Assembly (NCBI RefSeq): GCF_035531155.1
Contig: NZ_DATKTK010000050.1
Coordinates: forward strand, 14,294 to 78,293
Length of the DNA stretch: 64,000 nt
Source of the DNA: Sulfuricella sp.
Lineage (GTDB): Bacteria > Pseudomonadota > Gammaproteobacteria > Burkholderiales > Sulfuricellaceae
Reading direction: 5' to 3'
Within the stretch, counting starts at the first letter, position 1, and each line of letters begins with the position of its first letter. Under the pieces are notes generated by a model. The model saw only the letters and a list, made by a program, of their open reading frames with translations, did no database searches and was not told the origin of the DNA. This document shows positions 18,809 to 29,532 of this stretch, piece by piece. The translations under genes and the position numbers were made by a program.

Positions 18809-21800
18809 ATGTTTAAGGCAATCATTCATTCCAGCCTGAGCCAGCGCATTTTTGTGCTCGCAGTGGCGATCCTGCTGCTGGTGTACGGCATGCTCAGCCT
18901 CAAGCAGTTGCCGGTGGACGTATTCCCCGACCTCAACAAACCCACCGTGACGCTGATGACCGAGGCTGCGGGCATGGCGCCGGAGGAAGTGGAGCAGCTC
19001 ATTTCTTTCCCCGTCGAGACGGCGATGAACGGCTTGCCGGGAGTGACCCGCGTGCGCTCGGTTTCCGGCATCGGGCTGTCCGTCGTGTACGTGGAGTTCG
19101 ACTGGGGCACGGATATTTACCGCAACCGCCAGCAGATCGCCGAGCGCCTGTCCCTGGTCAAGGAGCAGATTCCTGCCGGGATCACGCCGCAGATGGGGCC
19201 GATCAGCTCCATCATGGGCGAAATCATGCTGATCGCCATGACCGTTGACCCCGCCAAGGCGAACCCGATGCAGGCGCGTGAACTGGCCGACTGGGTGGTG
19301 CGGCCGCGTCTGTTGACTATTCCCGGCGTGTCGCAGGTCATCCCCATCGGCGGCGAGGTGAAGCAGTACCGCGTCACGCCAGACCCGGCCAATCTCGACC
19401 GCCTGGGCATCTCGCTGGAACAGATGGAAAAGACGCTGGCGAATTTCGCCAGCAACACCAGCGGCGGCTTCCTGGAATCGCAGGCGCAGGAATACCTGAT
19501 CCGCAATATCGGGCGCACCACCAAACTCGAAAATTTGCAGGATCTGGTGGTGGGCTACCGCGCGGGGGGGGCTATCCTGCTCAAGCAAGTCGCCAAGGTG
19601 GACTTCGCCGCCCGCCTGAAGCGCGGCGACGCAAGCTTCATGGGCAAGCCGGCGGTGATCCTGTCGGTGCAGAAGCAGCCTGCGGCGGATACGGTCAAAC
19701 TGACGCGGGAAATCGAGGCGGCGCTCCAGGAGATGAACAAGGGCATGCCTGCCGGCATCGCCGTGAAAGACATCCTGTTCAAGCAGGCCAATTTCATCGA
19801 AAGCTCGGTGAGCAACGTGGAAGAGGCCTTGCGCGACGGCGCCATCATGGTGGCGGTGGTGCTGTTCCTGTTTCTGCTCAATTTTCGCACGACTTTCATA
19901 TCGCTCACCGCGATCCCCGTCTCCATCCTGATTACGGTGCTGGTGTTCAAGTACTTCGGGCTGTCCATCAACACCATGACGCTGGGGGGGCTGGCCATTG
20001 CCATCGGCGAGCTGGTGGACGACGCGGTGGTGGGGGTGGAGAACGTATTCCGGCGCTTGAAGCAGAACCGCGCGGAGGGCGACAAAATACCCGTGCTGGA
20101 AGTGATCGCGGCGGCCACCCTGGAAGTACGTTCCGCCATCGTTTATGCCACCCTCATCATCGTGCTGGTGTTCGTGCCGCTGTTCGTTCTTTCCGGCATC
20201 GAGGGCAAGCTGTTCGCGCCGCTGGGCGTGGCCTACATCGTGTCCATCCTCGCCAGCATGCTGGTGTCGGTGACGCTGACGCCGGTGCTGTGCTATTACC
20301 TGCTGCCGAAAATGAAGCGGCTGGAGCATGACGACAGCCCGGTCGTCAAAAAACTCAAGCAATGGGATACGGGCCTGCTGCAATGGTCGTTCGACCACAG
20401 CAAGCTGGTGCTAGGCGCGGGACTGCTCGCGGTGGTGCTCGCCGCAGCCGCAGTGCCATTTTTCGCCCGTTCTTTCCTGCCCGCGTTCAACGAAGGCACG
20501 CTCACCATCACGGCCATCATGAACCCAGGCACTTCGCTTTCGGAGGCCAATCGCATCGGCACCCTGGCGGAACAGTTGATCCTGCAGGTGCCGGAAGTGA
20601 CTCAGGTGGGACGCCGCACCGGTCGTGCCGAGCTGGACGAGCATGCGGAAGGCGTGCACTACGGCGAGATCGAGGTGGACCTGAAGAAATCCGCCCGCTC
20701 CCGTGAGGCCGTTCTGCAGGACATCCGCGACCGCCTCGCGCCACTGCCTGCGGCCATCAGCACCGGCCAGCCCATCTCGCACCGGCTTGACCACATGCTG
20801 TCCGGGGTGCGCGCGCAGATCGTGCTGAAAATCTTCGGCGACGACGTGGACACCCTGCGCGGACTGGCGGCGGATATGCAAACCCGGCTTGCCAACATCC
20901 CCGGCCTGGTGGATTTGCAGCTGGAAAAACAGGTGCGCATTCCGCAGCTGAAAATCAGCGTCGATTACGCCAAGGCCAGACAGTACGGCGTTACTCCGGC
21001 AGCGATCAATACCGCGCTGGAAACGCTGTCCAATGGCGCTACCGCAGCACAGGTGATCGAAGGCAACCGGCGCTTCGACGTGGTGATCCGTCTTGCTGAT
21101 ACCGACCGCACTGCGCAGGGCTTGAGCAATCTTTTGGTGGAAACGCCGAGCGGACGCATCCCGCTACGCCTCATCGCTGAAATCGAGGACAGCGACGGCC
21201 CCAACCAGATTTTGCGGGAAAACAGCCGCCGCCGCATGGTGCTGATGGGCAACAGTGACGGCACCGACATGGCGCAGATTATTCGCGATATCCGCGCCGA
21301 GCTTGCCAGATACCCGCTGCCAGAAGGTTATTTCACCAAACTGGAAGGCCAGTTCCAGGCACAGGAAGAAGCCAGCCAACTGATTACGGGGCTGTCGCTG
21401 GTGTCATTGGCCATGATCTTCCTGGTTTTGTACAGCCGCTACAAATCCACCGTGCTGTCGCTGATGATCATGGGCAATATTCCGCTCGCGCTGGTGGGTA
21501 GCGTTATCGCGCTGAAGCTCTCCGGCGGCGCGCTGTCGGTGGCGAGCCTGATCGGCTTCATCACCCTGGCCGGCATCAGCACGCGCAACGGCATCCTGAA
21601 GATCAGCCACTATATCAACCTGGTTGCGCACGAGGGTGAAGCGTTCGGCAAACAGATGATCGTCCGAGGCAGCCTGGAACGCCTCACGCCCGTACTCATG
21701 ACCGCGCTGGTGGCGGCTTTCGCACTGATCCCCCTGATGCTGGCCGGAGGCGATCCAGGCAAGGAAATCCTGCATCCGGTGGCAGTGGTGATTTTCGGCG

Positions 21801-21913
21801 GCCTGGTGAGCTCCACGCTGCTGGATACCTTGCTCACGCCGGTGATGTTTTATCTGTGGGGGGAGAGGCCGATGATGAAATTGTTGGCGCAGGGCAGCAA
21901 GGAAAACTTCTGA
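18809..21913 (+). CDS. Heavy-metal efflux RND permease (CusA/CzcA family)
   Basis: 1034 aa; [21 protein letters not shown] (TM4), RLTPVLMTA. Confidence 0.95.
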   Translation: MFKAIIHSSLSQRIFVLAVAILLLVYGMLSLKQLPVDVFPDLNKPTVTLMTEAAGMAPEEVEQLISFPVETAMNGLPGVTRVRSVSGIGLSVVYVEFDWGTDIYRNRQQIAERLSLVKEQIPAGITPQMGPISSIMGEIMLIAMTVDPAKANPMQARELADWVVRPRLLTIPGVSQVIPIGGEVKQYRVTPDPANLDRLGISLEQMEKTLANFASNTSGGFLESQAQEYLIRNIGRTTKLENLQDLVVGYRAGGAILLKQVAKVDFAARLKRGDASFMGKPAVILSVQKQPAADTVKLTREIEAALQEMNKGMPAGIAVKDILFKQANFIESSVSNVEEALRDGAIMVAVVLFLFLLNFRTTFISLTAIPVSILITVLVFKYFGLSINTMTLGGLAIAIGELVDDAVVGVENVFRRLKQNRAEGDKIPVLEVIAAATLEVRSAIVYATLIIVLVFVPLFVLSGIEGKLFAPLGVAYIVSILASMLVSVTLTPVLCYYLLPKMKRLEHDDSPVVKKLKQWDTGLLQWSFDHSKLVLGAGLLAVVLAAAAVPFFARSFLPAFNEGTLTITAIMNPGTSLSEANRIGTLAEQLILQVPEVTQVGRRTGRAELDEHAEGVHYGEIEVDLKKSARSREAVLQDIRDRLAPLPAAISTGQPISHRLDHMLSGVRAQIVLKIFGDDVDTLRGLAADMQTRLANIPGLVDLQLEKQVRIPQLKISVDYAKARQYGVTPAAINTALETLSNGATAAQVIEGNRRFDVVIRLADTDRTAQGLSNLLVETPSGRIPLRLIAEIEDSDGPNQILRENSRRRMVLMGNSDGTDMAQIIRDIRAELARYPLPEGYFTKLEGQFQAQEEASQLITGLSLVSLAMIFLVLYSRYKSTVLSLMIMGNIPLALVGSVIALKLSGGALSVASLIGFITLAGISTRNGILKISHYINLVAHEGEAFGKQMIVRGSLERLTPVLMTALVAAFALIPLMLAGGDPGKEILHPVAVVIFGGLVSSTLLDTLLTPVMFYLWGERPMMKLLAQGSKENF

Positions 21914-22049
21914 ATTCACACAAATCAAGGAGGGCAAGAGGAAGTCGGCCGCGCAATATTTTTTCGATGGCGTGACGACTTGCAAAAGTAGTAACGAGTA
22001 ATTGCTAAAAACAGTAGTCTTTTTTTACATTAAGTTAAGGAGATACATC

Positions 22050-22522
22050 ATGAAAAAATCAATTTTGTTTGCCGTTCTCACCACGGTTGCGCTATCCGCA
22101 CCCATTGCTTTTGCCGATGACGCACACCACCCGGAGCAGGATAAAAAAGCCGCGCCAGCCAAATCAAGCAAGACCGCAGGTGCCGCAGACAAACAAACCG
22201 ATATGCAAATGGACCAGATGCAGGAGCAGATGAAAAAAATGCAAGCGCAGATGGAAAAAATCCGCAAAACCACGGATCCCAAGGAACGCCAGAAACTCAT
22301 GCAGCAGCATATGCAAAGCATGAACGAAGGCATGAAGATGATGCGCGGTATGTGTGGCGACATGAAGGGGGCAGCGGCATGATGGGCGGCGGCATGAAAG
22401 GTGGAATGAAGGGAGGCGACATGATGGAAAAACACATGGAGATGATGCAGATGATGCAGATGATGATGGACCAAATGATGGAACACCAGGGTCAGCAAGA
22501 ATCCATGCCAATGCCGAAATAA
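22050..22522 (+). pseudogene. Met-rich periplasmic metal-binding-like protein split by a 1-nt frameshift in a G run
   Basis: ORF 22050-22382 (signal peptide, AHH, Met-rich helices) stops early. The Met-rich reading continues in another frame at 22379-22522. One extra G in G5 at 22367-22371 would join them. Confidence 0.7.
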
Positions 22523-22595
22523 GTATCCTGTCCGCGTCCAGGATGGGCGCGGACTTCACGGGAATGCGGTTTTTTTAATCGAAAAGGAAAATGAA

Positions 22596-23012
22596 ATGAA
22601 ATACCTGAATTTGTCACTGCTGGCAGCATCCCTGATTTTCTCGCAAGGCGCGTTTGCTCACAGCGATGAATATCTCGACACCCAAGCCGCACCGCACGGT
22701 GGGCAGTTGCGCATGGCGGGCATGTACCACTACGAGCTGGTGGTGAAGGCCAACGAAATTACGGTTTACCTCACTGACCATGCTGGTACGAAAATACCGA
22801 GCAACGCTGCGGCCGGAACGGCCACCGTGCTTTCCGGCAAAGACAAAGCCTCGGTGAAGCTGCAACCTGCCAGCGACAATGTGCTGAAGGGGGCGGGCAA
22901 ATTCGGCCTTGCACCGGACATGAAGGTGGTGGTTTCCACCACCCTGCCGGGCCAATCCGCGGAACAGGCGCGCTTCACGCCGCTGCAAAAAACGAAGACG
23001 GAAGGCAAGTAA
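22596..23012 (+). CDS. Periplasmic protein, metal-efflux-associated hypothetical
   Basis: Signal peptide ending AFA; PHGGQLRMAGMYHYELV. Confidence 0.75.
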   Translation: MKYLNLSLLAASLIFSQGAFAHSDEYLDTQAAPHGGQLRMAGMYHYELVVKANEITVYLTDHAGTKIPSNAAAGTATVLSGKDKASVKLQPASDNVLKGAGKFGLAPDMKVVVSTTLPGQSAEQARFTPLQKTKTEGK

Positions 23013-23167
23013 AAGCAAGCTAAGCAACATTGCATCAGACGGGATATAATTTATACTTAATGATAATTACTCCGAATACCTGCGAAGCTATCCCGTCTGC
23101 AGCACCCACCATCGGAAGGCAGGAGATTCATTCGTTTGTCATTTTATTATTTTAGGAGATTGAAGTT

Positions 23168-23557
23168 ATGTATGGTTTCAGCATTCAACTCGACATACCG
23201 TTTGACGCCGCAGTTGAAAAAACTGTCGAAGGCCTGAAGAAGGAAGGCTTCGGCGTGCTTACCGATATCGACGTCAAGGCCACCATGAAGGCAAAGCTCA
23301 ATATCGACAAACGCCCCTACCGCATTCTTGGCGCCTGCAACCCGCCGCTGGCCAACCGTGCCATCGATGCGGAATCCGACATCGGCCTGCTGTTGCCCTG
23401 CAATGTTGTGGTACGCGAAGAAGCGGACGGCAAGATCACCGTCGCTTTCCTGGATCCCGACGTGATGGTGAAGCTCATCGACAATCCTGAAATCCTGGAA
23501 GTGGCAAAAGAAGCGCGCGCCCGGCTGGAACGCGTGCGCGACAGCCTGAAGGCATAA
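23168..23557 (+). CDS. DUF302 domain protein
   Basis: [16 protein letters not shown] and [10 protein letters not shown] motifs; AGGAG SD. Confidence 0.9.
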   Translation: MYGFSIQLDIPFDAAVEKTVEGLKKEGFGVLTDIDVKATMKAKLNIDKRPYRILGACNPPLANRAIDAESDIGLLLPCNVVVREEADGKITVAFLDPDVMVKLIDNPEILEVAKEARARLERVRDSLKA

Positions 23558-23606
23558 CCGATACAACGCTGACTACGGGAACGTAGAAAGTGGAAAGGAG
23601 TGCGAC

Positions 23607-23873
23607 ATGTATGGATGGGATCACGGAGGCTGGATGTCCGGCAGCGGCGGCTGGATGATTTTCGGCTGGTTCTGGATGGCGCTCATTTGGCTGGTTCCCA
23701 TCCTGCTGCTGTTCGCTCTCGCCAAATACCTGTTCGGTAGCCAAAAATTCGGCGCGCCCGCCAAGGAAGAAACGCATCGGTCCGCCCTCGACATTCTGGA
23801 CGAGGCCTATGCCCGCGGGGAATTGACGCGCGAGGACTATTTGCAAAAACGCGACGATTTGCAGAAGACATAG
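23607..23873 (+). CDS. SHOCT-domain small membrane protein
   Basis: One TM segment and ALDILDEAYARGELTREDY. Confidence 0.85.
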   Translation: MYGWDHGGWMSGSGGWMIFGWFWMALIWLVPILLLFALAKYLFGSQKFGAPAKEETHRSALDILDEAYARGELTREDYLQKRDDLQKT

Positions 23874-24147
23874 GGGCGATTTTCAAGAAAAACGTTACCA
23901 CTCATCCCCTTAAGAAGAAAATGAAAAATGAAGCAATTTTTTCATATTTACCCTTGCGACATTGGCACTCGACATGCCTTATGCGCTTGGTGAACCCCCA
24001 AGGCCAGGAAATCAGGAAATGATGCCAATTGATGATAGCGCATCAGGGACAAACCGTGCCTATGGTGAAGAAATGGTATCGACGTCCACATCGGCGCAAG
24101 GTGCGGACGTTTTATTTTGTGCCACCCATCCGAAAAGGAACCCAGCC

Positions 24148-24663
24148 ATGCACAACTTTCCCTTGATCGCCCTAATCTTCGGCGCCTTGATCTCAAACAG
24201 CACATTGGCAGTCTCTGCGCACCATCCCAAGCAGCAGGATCAAGCACCTAAAGCCTCGACAGCAATTGGCACGCAAATGGCGAAGCCGCTGGTCGAAGTC
24301 TGGAAATCGCCCACCTGCGGATGCTGCAAGGACTGGATCAAGCACCTGGAACAGAACGGCTTCTCAGTGCGCAGTCATGATGACGGCAATACCGACGCTC
24401 GCGTTCGACTTGGCATGCCCATCAAGTACGGCTCGTGCCACACGGCGAGCGTTGGCGGCTATGCGCTGGAAGGCCATGTGCCAGCGCGCGAAGTTCACCG
24501 CTTGCTGAAGGAGCGACCCAAGGCCGTGGGCCTTGCCGTGCCCGCGATGCCGATCGGCTCACCCGGCATGGACGGTCCGGAATACGGCAACCGCAAAGAT
24601 CCCTACGATGTGCTGCTGGTCCGCAGGGACGGCAACTCAACGGTTTTTCAACCCTACCGCTGA
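24148..24663 (+). CDS. DUF411 (CopG-like) periplasmic metal-binding protein
   Basis: SPTCGCC, SCHTA, EGHVP and PGMDG motifs; AAGGA then ATG 24148. Confidence 0.88.
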   Translation: MHNFPLIALIFGALISNSTLAVSAHHPKQQDQAPKASTAIGTQMAKPLVEVWKSPTCGCCKDWIKHLEQNGFSVRSHDDGNTDARVRLGMPIKYGSCHTASVGGYALEGHVPAREVHRLLKERPKAVGLAVPAMPIGSPGMDGPEYGNRKDPYDVLLVRRDGNSTVFQPYR

Positions 24664-24666
24664 CCC

Positions 24667-24846
24667 AAGGAGTTCAACAGACACGTTTACCGGCGTTGCT
24701 GTTCGGCGCAGGCGCAACCGGGCATGCAGATGATGGAACAGCACATGGAAATGATGTTTGCGCATCATGCACAAACCACCCAAACCACCCAAACCACCCA
24801 AACCACCCATAGTGAAATAGTATTGGCGCAAGCTGCGAGAGGTTAA
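24667..24846 (+). pseudogene. Decayed Met-rich periplasmic protein remnant
   Basis: AAGGAG SD with no ATG, a signal-peptide-like frame (TRLPALLFGA), then a second frame reading QAQPGMQMMEQHMEMMFAHH. Confidence 0.4.
24772..24807. repeat. Tandem repeat (CAAACCACC)x4
   Basis: Four exact 9-nt copies read directly. Confidence 0.95.
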
Positions 24847-24852
24847 ATAAAG

Positions 24853-24955
24853 AACCCCGCCGCAAGCAGCGGGTTATTGTGACGAATTGCTCGAAAATTA
24901 TAGATTTTCATTGCAATTTTATTCATACGCTGCAAGCGGCGGGGAACTTAGACCC
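24853..24955. repeat. Pair of related imperfect hairpins (CGCYGC-AA-GCRGCG), possible non-autonomous mobile element ends
   Basis: AACCCCGCCGCAAGCAGCGGGTT and ATACGCTGCAAGCGGCGGGGAACTTAGACCC flank an AT-rich spacer. Confidence 0.4.
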
Positions 24956-25082
24956 ATAGTGATTAATTTCAGCGGCGATTCAAAACAGTTCAGCGTCTGG
25001 CGTGCGGCCAAGCCGATAATCATCGGCTGATTGCGGGATTGGAAAAACGCTAGCGAGTACGAGTAATCTGTTCAAATGCTAA

Positions 25083-25111
25083 TTGAATCGTAGGCGAAAT
25101 TAGGTTAGAAT
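25083..25111 (+). promoter_or_regulatory. Sigma70 promoter for tRNA-Val/thrS
   Basis: TTGAAT-17 nt-TAGAAT ending 11 nt before the tRNA. Confidence 0.6.
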
Positions 25112-25121
25112 TCGTTTTTTT

Positions 25122-25198
25122 AGGCGCGTAGCTCAGCTGGTTAGAGCACCACCTTGACATGGTGGGGGTCGTTGGTTCGAGTCCAATCGCGCCTACCA
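25122..25198 (+). tRNA. tRNA-Val(GAC)
   Basis: Acceptor stem AGGCGCG/CGCGCCT, anticodon stem CCACC/GGTGG with loop TTGACAT, GTTCGA, encoded CCA. Confidence 0.97.
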
Positions 25199-25205
25199 AA
25201 TTCTT

Positions 25206-25231
25206 AAAAAGTGCGGCCATGCCGCACTTTT
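25206..25231 (+). terminator. Hairpin after the tRNA (terminator or processing site)
   Basis: AAAAAGTGCGGC-CAT-GCCGCACTTTT. Confidence 0.6.
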
Positions 25232-25248
25232 GTTTTGGTAGGATTCAA

Positions 25249-27165
25249 ATGCCTGTTATTCGCTTGCCTGATGGCTCCGAGCGCAAATTCGATCAGCCAG
25301 TAACGGTAGCCGAAGTGGCTGCCAGCATCGGTGCGGGTTTGGCTCGCGCGGCACTGGCCGGCAAGGTCGACGGCAAGCTGGTGGATACCTCCCACCTCAT
25401 CGCGGTGGATGCCGAACTGGCTATTATCACCGACCGGGATGCAGAAGGCCTGGAAGTGATCCGCCACTCCACTGCGCATCTCCTCGCGCAAGCCGTAAAA
25501 TCCCTCTTCCCTGATGCTCAGGTTACGATCGGCCCGGTGATCGAGGATGGCTTCTTCTACGATTTCTCCTACAAGCGCCCGTTCACGCCTGATGACCTGC
25601 TGGCCATCGAAAAGAAAATGGCGGAGCTTGCAAAGGCCGACCTGAAAGTCGAACGCAAGGTGCTGCCGCGCTCTGACGCCATTGCCTTCTTCAAGGGGCT
25701 GGGCGAGCAGTATAAGGCGCAGATCATCGAATCCATTCCCAGCGACGAGGATGTGTCGCTGTATGCCCAGGGTGACTTCACCGACCTGTGCCGTGGCCCG
25801 CACGTACCCTCCACCGGCAAGCTCAAGGTGTTCAAGCTGATGAAGGTGGCAGGGGCTTACTGGCGCGGCGACTCGAAGAACGAAATGCTGACGCGCGTGT
25901 ATGGCACAGCCTGGTCGAAGAAGGAAGACCAGGAAGCCTATCTGCATCGTCTGGAAGAAGCCGAAAAGCGCGACCACCGCAAGATCGGCAAGCTGCTGGA
26001 CCTGTTCCATACCCAGGAAGAAGCGCCGGGCATGGTGTTCTGGCATCCCAGGGGCTGGACGCTGTACCAGATCGTCGAGCAGTACATGCGCGGCGTGTTC
26101 CGCGACAACGGCTACCAGGAAATCCGCACGCCGCAGGTGGTGGATCGCTCCCTGTGGGAGAAATCCGGTCACTGGGACAAGTTCCAGGCGATGATGTTCA
26201 CCACCCATTCGGAAAATCGCGATTACGCAGTCAAGCCGATGAACTGCCCGTGCCATATCCAGGTGTTCAACCAGGGCCTGAAGAGCTACCGCGATCTGCC
26301 CCTGCGGCTGGCCGAATTCGGCTCTTGCCACAGGAACGAGCCTTCCGGCACGCTCGCCGGCATCATGCGGGTGCGCAACTTCACCCAGGACGATGCTCAT
26401 ATTTTTTGTACCGAAGCGCAGATCCAGGATGAAGTGGCGACCTTCATCGACCTGCTGCAAAAGGTCTATGCTGAATTCGGCTTCGACGATATTGTCGTCA
26501 AGCTTTCCACCCGGCCGGAGCAGCGCGTCGGCTCCGACGAGGTGTGGGACAAGGCCGAGGCAGCTCTGGAAACGGCGCTCAAGCGCAAGGGTCTGGAATT
26601 CGAACTGCAGCCGGGCGAGGGGGCATTTTATGGGCCGAAGATCGAATTTTCGCTGCGTGACTGCCTGAATCGCGTCTGGCAGTGCGGCACCATTCAGGTG
26701 GACTTCTCCATGCCTGGCCGGCTGGACGCAACCTACATCAACGAAGAGAGCGCCAAGCAGACGCCGGTAATGCTGCACCGCGCCATTCTCGGCTCGCTCG
26801 AGCGCTTCATCGGCATCCTGATCGAACACTACGCCGGGGCTTTCCCGATGTGGCTGGCACCGCAGCAGTTGGTGGTCATGAATATCACCGATGCCCAGGC
26901 GGATTATGTGCGTGAGGTGGTGGCCGAGCTCAAAAAGAATGGTCTGCGCGTCGAGGCGGACTTGAGAAATGAGAAAATAACCTATAAAATACGGGAACAT
27001 AGTTTGCAAAGGCTGCCTTACCTCCTGATCGTGGGGGACAAAGAGGTGGCTTCGAAACAGGTTGCCGTACGTACCCGTAAAGGCGAAGACCTAGGCCAGA
27101 TGCCGCTCGAAGCGTTGATTGAGCGGCTCAAAGGCGAGGTCGCCGAGAGGGTAGGTACGGTTTAA
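25249..27165 (+). CDS. thrS: Threonine-tRNA ligase
   Basis: [30 protein letters not shown]; ATG 25249. Confidence 0.98.
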   Translation: MPVIRLPDGSERKFDQPVTVAEVAASIGAGLARAALAGKVDGKLVDTSHLIAVDAELAIITDRDAEGLEVIRHSTAHLLAQAVKSLFPDAQVTIGPVIEDGFFYDFSYKRPFTPDDLLAIEKKMAELAKADLKVERKVLPRSDAIAFFKGLGEQYKAQIIESIPSDEDVSLYAQGDFTDLCRGPHVPSTGKLKVFKLMKVAGAYWRGDSKNEMLTRVYGTAWSKKEDQEAYLHRLEEAEKRDHRKIGKLLDLFHTQEEAPGMVFWHPRGWTLYQIVEQYMRGVFRDNGYQEIRTPQVVDRSLWEKSGHWDKFQAMMFTTHSENRDYAVKPMNCPCHIQVFNQGLKSYRDLPLRLAEFGSCHRNEPSGTLAGIMRVRNFTQDDAHIFCTEAQIQDEVATFIDLLQKVYAEFGFDDIVVKLSTRPEQRVGSDEVWDKAEAALETALKRKGLEFELQPGEGAFYGPKIEFSLRDCLNRVWQCGTIQVDFSMPGRLDATYINEESAKQTPVMLHRAILGSLERFIGILIEHYAGAFPMWLAPQQLVVMNITDAQADYVREVVAELKKNGLRVEADLRNEKITYKIREHSLQRLPYLLIVGDKEVASKQVAVRTRKGEDLGQMPLEALIERLKGEVAERVGTV

Positions 27166-27190
27166 TTTTTTTGATTTTGGAGGTTTTGCT

Positions 27191-27709
27191 ATCGCTCAGG
27201 AAAAAGAATCACGAATCAATGGCGAGATTACTGCGCCCGAGATTCGTTTGGTCGGTGTGGAAGGTGAGCCGCTTGGCATAGTTAGCCTGGCCGAGGCCAT
27301 GAAAATGGCGGAAGATGCCGAGATCGACCTGGTCGAGATCGCTCCGCAAGCCCAGCCGCCGGTGTGCCGTTTGATGGATTACGGCAAGTTCAAATACCGC
27401 GAAAGCAAGAAGCAGCACGAAGCCAAGCTGAAGCAGATTCAGATCAAGGTCAAGGAAGTGAAGTTTCGTCCGGGAACGGACGAGGGCGACTATCTGATCA
27501 AGTTGCGCAATCTGATCCGTTTTCTGGAAGAAGGCGACAAGTGCAAAATCACGCTGCGTTTCCGCGGTCGGGAGATGGCGCACCAGGAGATCGGTTTGCG
27601 GCTCCTCAAGCGCGTTGAGGCCGATCTGATGGAACACGGTACGGTCGAGCAGTTCCCGAAAATGGAAGGCCGTCAGATGGTGATGGTGTTGTCGCCGAAG
27701 AAGAAGTAA
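27191..27709 (+). CDS. infC: Translation initiation factor IF-3 (non-canonical ATC start)
   Basis: GGAGG 7 nt upstream of an in-frame ATC giving [13 protein letters not shown]; MDYGKFKY and KEVKFRP. Confidence 0.95.
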   Translation: MAQEKESRINGEITAPEIRLVGVEGEPLGIVSLAEAMKMAEDAEIDLVEIAPQAQPPVCRLMDYGKFKYRESKKQHEAKLKQIQIKVKEVKFRPGTDEGDYLIKLRNLIRFLEEGDKCKITLRFRGREMAHQEIGLRLLKRVEADLMEHGTVEQFPKMEGRQMVMVLSPKKK

Positions 27710-27719
27710 TAGGAATCTG

Positions 27720-27748
27720 GCGGTCAACAGATCGGTATTGTTGACCGC
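27720..27748 (+). promoter_or_regulatory. Perfect 10-bp hairpin in the infC-rpmI spacer (possible L20-regulated leader or terminator element)
   Basis: GCGGTCAACA-9 nt-TGTTGACCGC. Confidence 0.4.
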
Positions 27749-27827
27749 TAAAAACAAGTGGTGTTCAGGCTACCAAGTTTCCCCGCAGGGGAGCGCCTGG
27801 CATCAAGCTAAAATGTAGGAGTTGAAC

Positions 27828-28025
27828 ATGCCTAAGATGAAAACCAAGAGCGGCGCTGCCAAGCGCTTCAAGTCTCTGGGTGGCGGCGGTATCAAGCGCA
27901 CCCATTCCCACCTGCGCCACATCCTGACCAAGAAAACGACCAAGCGCAAGCGTCAGCTGCGCGGTACTACGATGGTTTGTGCGAGCGACATGAAGTCGGT
28001 TCGCGCCATGATGCCCTACGCGTAA
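27828..28025 (+). CDS. rpmI: 50S ribosomal protein L35
   Basis: [20 protein letters not shown]. Confidence 0.97.
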   Translation: MPKMKTKSGAAKRFKSLGGGGIKRTHSHLRHILTKKTTKRKRQLRGTTMVCASDMKSVRAMMPYA

Positions 28026-28037
28026 GGAGACGGAAAA

Positions 28038-28397
28038 ATGCCAAGAGTTAAACGTGGTGTAACGGCGCGCGCGCGCCACAAGAAAGTTCTGGAACAGGCC
28101 AAGGGTTTCCGCGGCCGCCGCAAGAACGTATACCGCATCGCCAAACAGGCGGTGATGAAAGCCGGTCAGTATGCTTATCGTGACCGTCGCCAGAAGAAGC
28201 GCCAATTCCGCGCGCTGTGGATTGTCCGTATCAACGCGGCAGCTCGCGAACTGGGCCTGACTTACAGCGTGTTCATGAACGGCCTGAAGAAAGCCGCAAT
28301 CGAAGTGGACCGCAAGGTTCTGGCCGATCTGGCGGTGTTCGACAAGCCCGCTTTTGCACACATCGTGGATCAGGTAAAAGTCCGCCTCGCTGCCTAG
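28038..28397 (+). CDS. rplT: 50S ribosomal protein L20
   Basis: [28 protein letters not shown]. Confidence 0.98.
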   Translation: MPRVKRGVTARARHKKVLEQAKGFRGRRKNVYRIAKQAVMKAGQYAYRDRRQKKRQFRALWIVRINAAARELGLTYSVFMNGLKKAAIEVDRKVLADLAVFDKPAFAHIVDQVKVRLAA

Positions 28398-28409
28398 CCA
28401 GCAGTAAAG

Positions 28410-28439
28410 AAAAAGGAGGCTGAGAGGCCTCCTTTTTTT
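28410..28439 (+). terminator. Rho-independent terminator after rplT
   Basis: AAAAAGGAGGC-loop-GCCTCC-T7. Confidence 0.8.
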
Positions 28440-28512
28440 GTTTGGGTGGTTTCATTTGTAGGATGCGCCATGCGCATCCCTCCGTTGCGTATGCCGCATC
28501 GACGAAAAATAA

Positions 28513-29532
<1,020 letters not shown>

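Noticed and set aside
18779-20398. Long antisense ORFs (for example 18779-20398, 25204-27009, 40156-41430, 47063-48262, 58785-59924)
   Set aside because: They lie opposite well-supported genes, have no family motifs, and are expected from high-GC codon bias.
22379-22522. 47-aa Met-rich ORF as an independent gene
   Set aside because: It has no signal peptide or clear SD and reads as the natural continuation of the upstream protein; treated as a frameshift.
23055-23072. Fur-box-like AATGATAATTAC upstream of DUF302
   Set aside because: Only a partial match in an AT-rich stretch; insufficient without comparative support.
23962-24147. N-terminal extension of the DUF411 ORF
   Set aside because: It has a TTG start with no SD, while ATG 24148 has an SD and begins a signal peptide. 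Similar reasoning was used to trim ORF-track starts at 5631, 6111, 8579, 22002, 25159, 40147 and 49581.
12904-25198. Metal cluster as a tRNA-Val-integrated genomic island
   Set aside because: It lies 5' of the tRNA, there is no integrase, and I found no duplicated tRNA 3' end; horizontal origin is possible but unsupported here.
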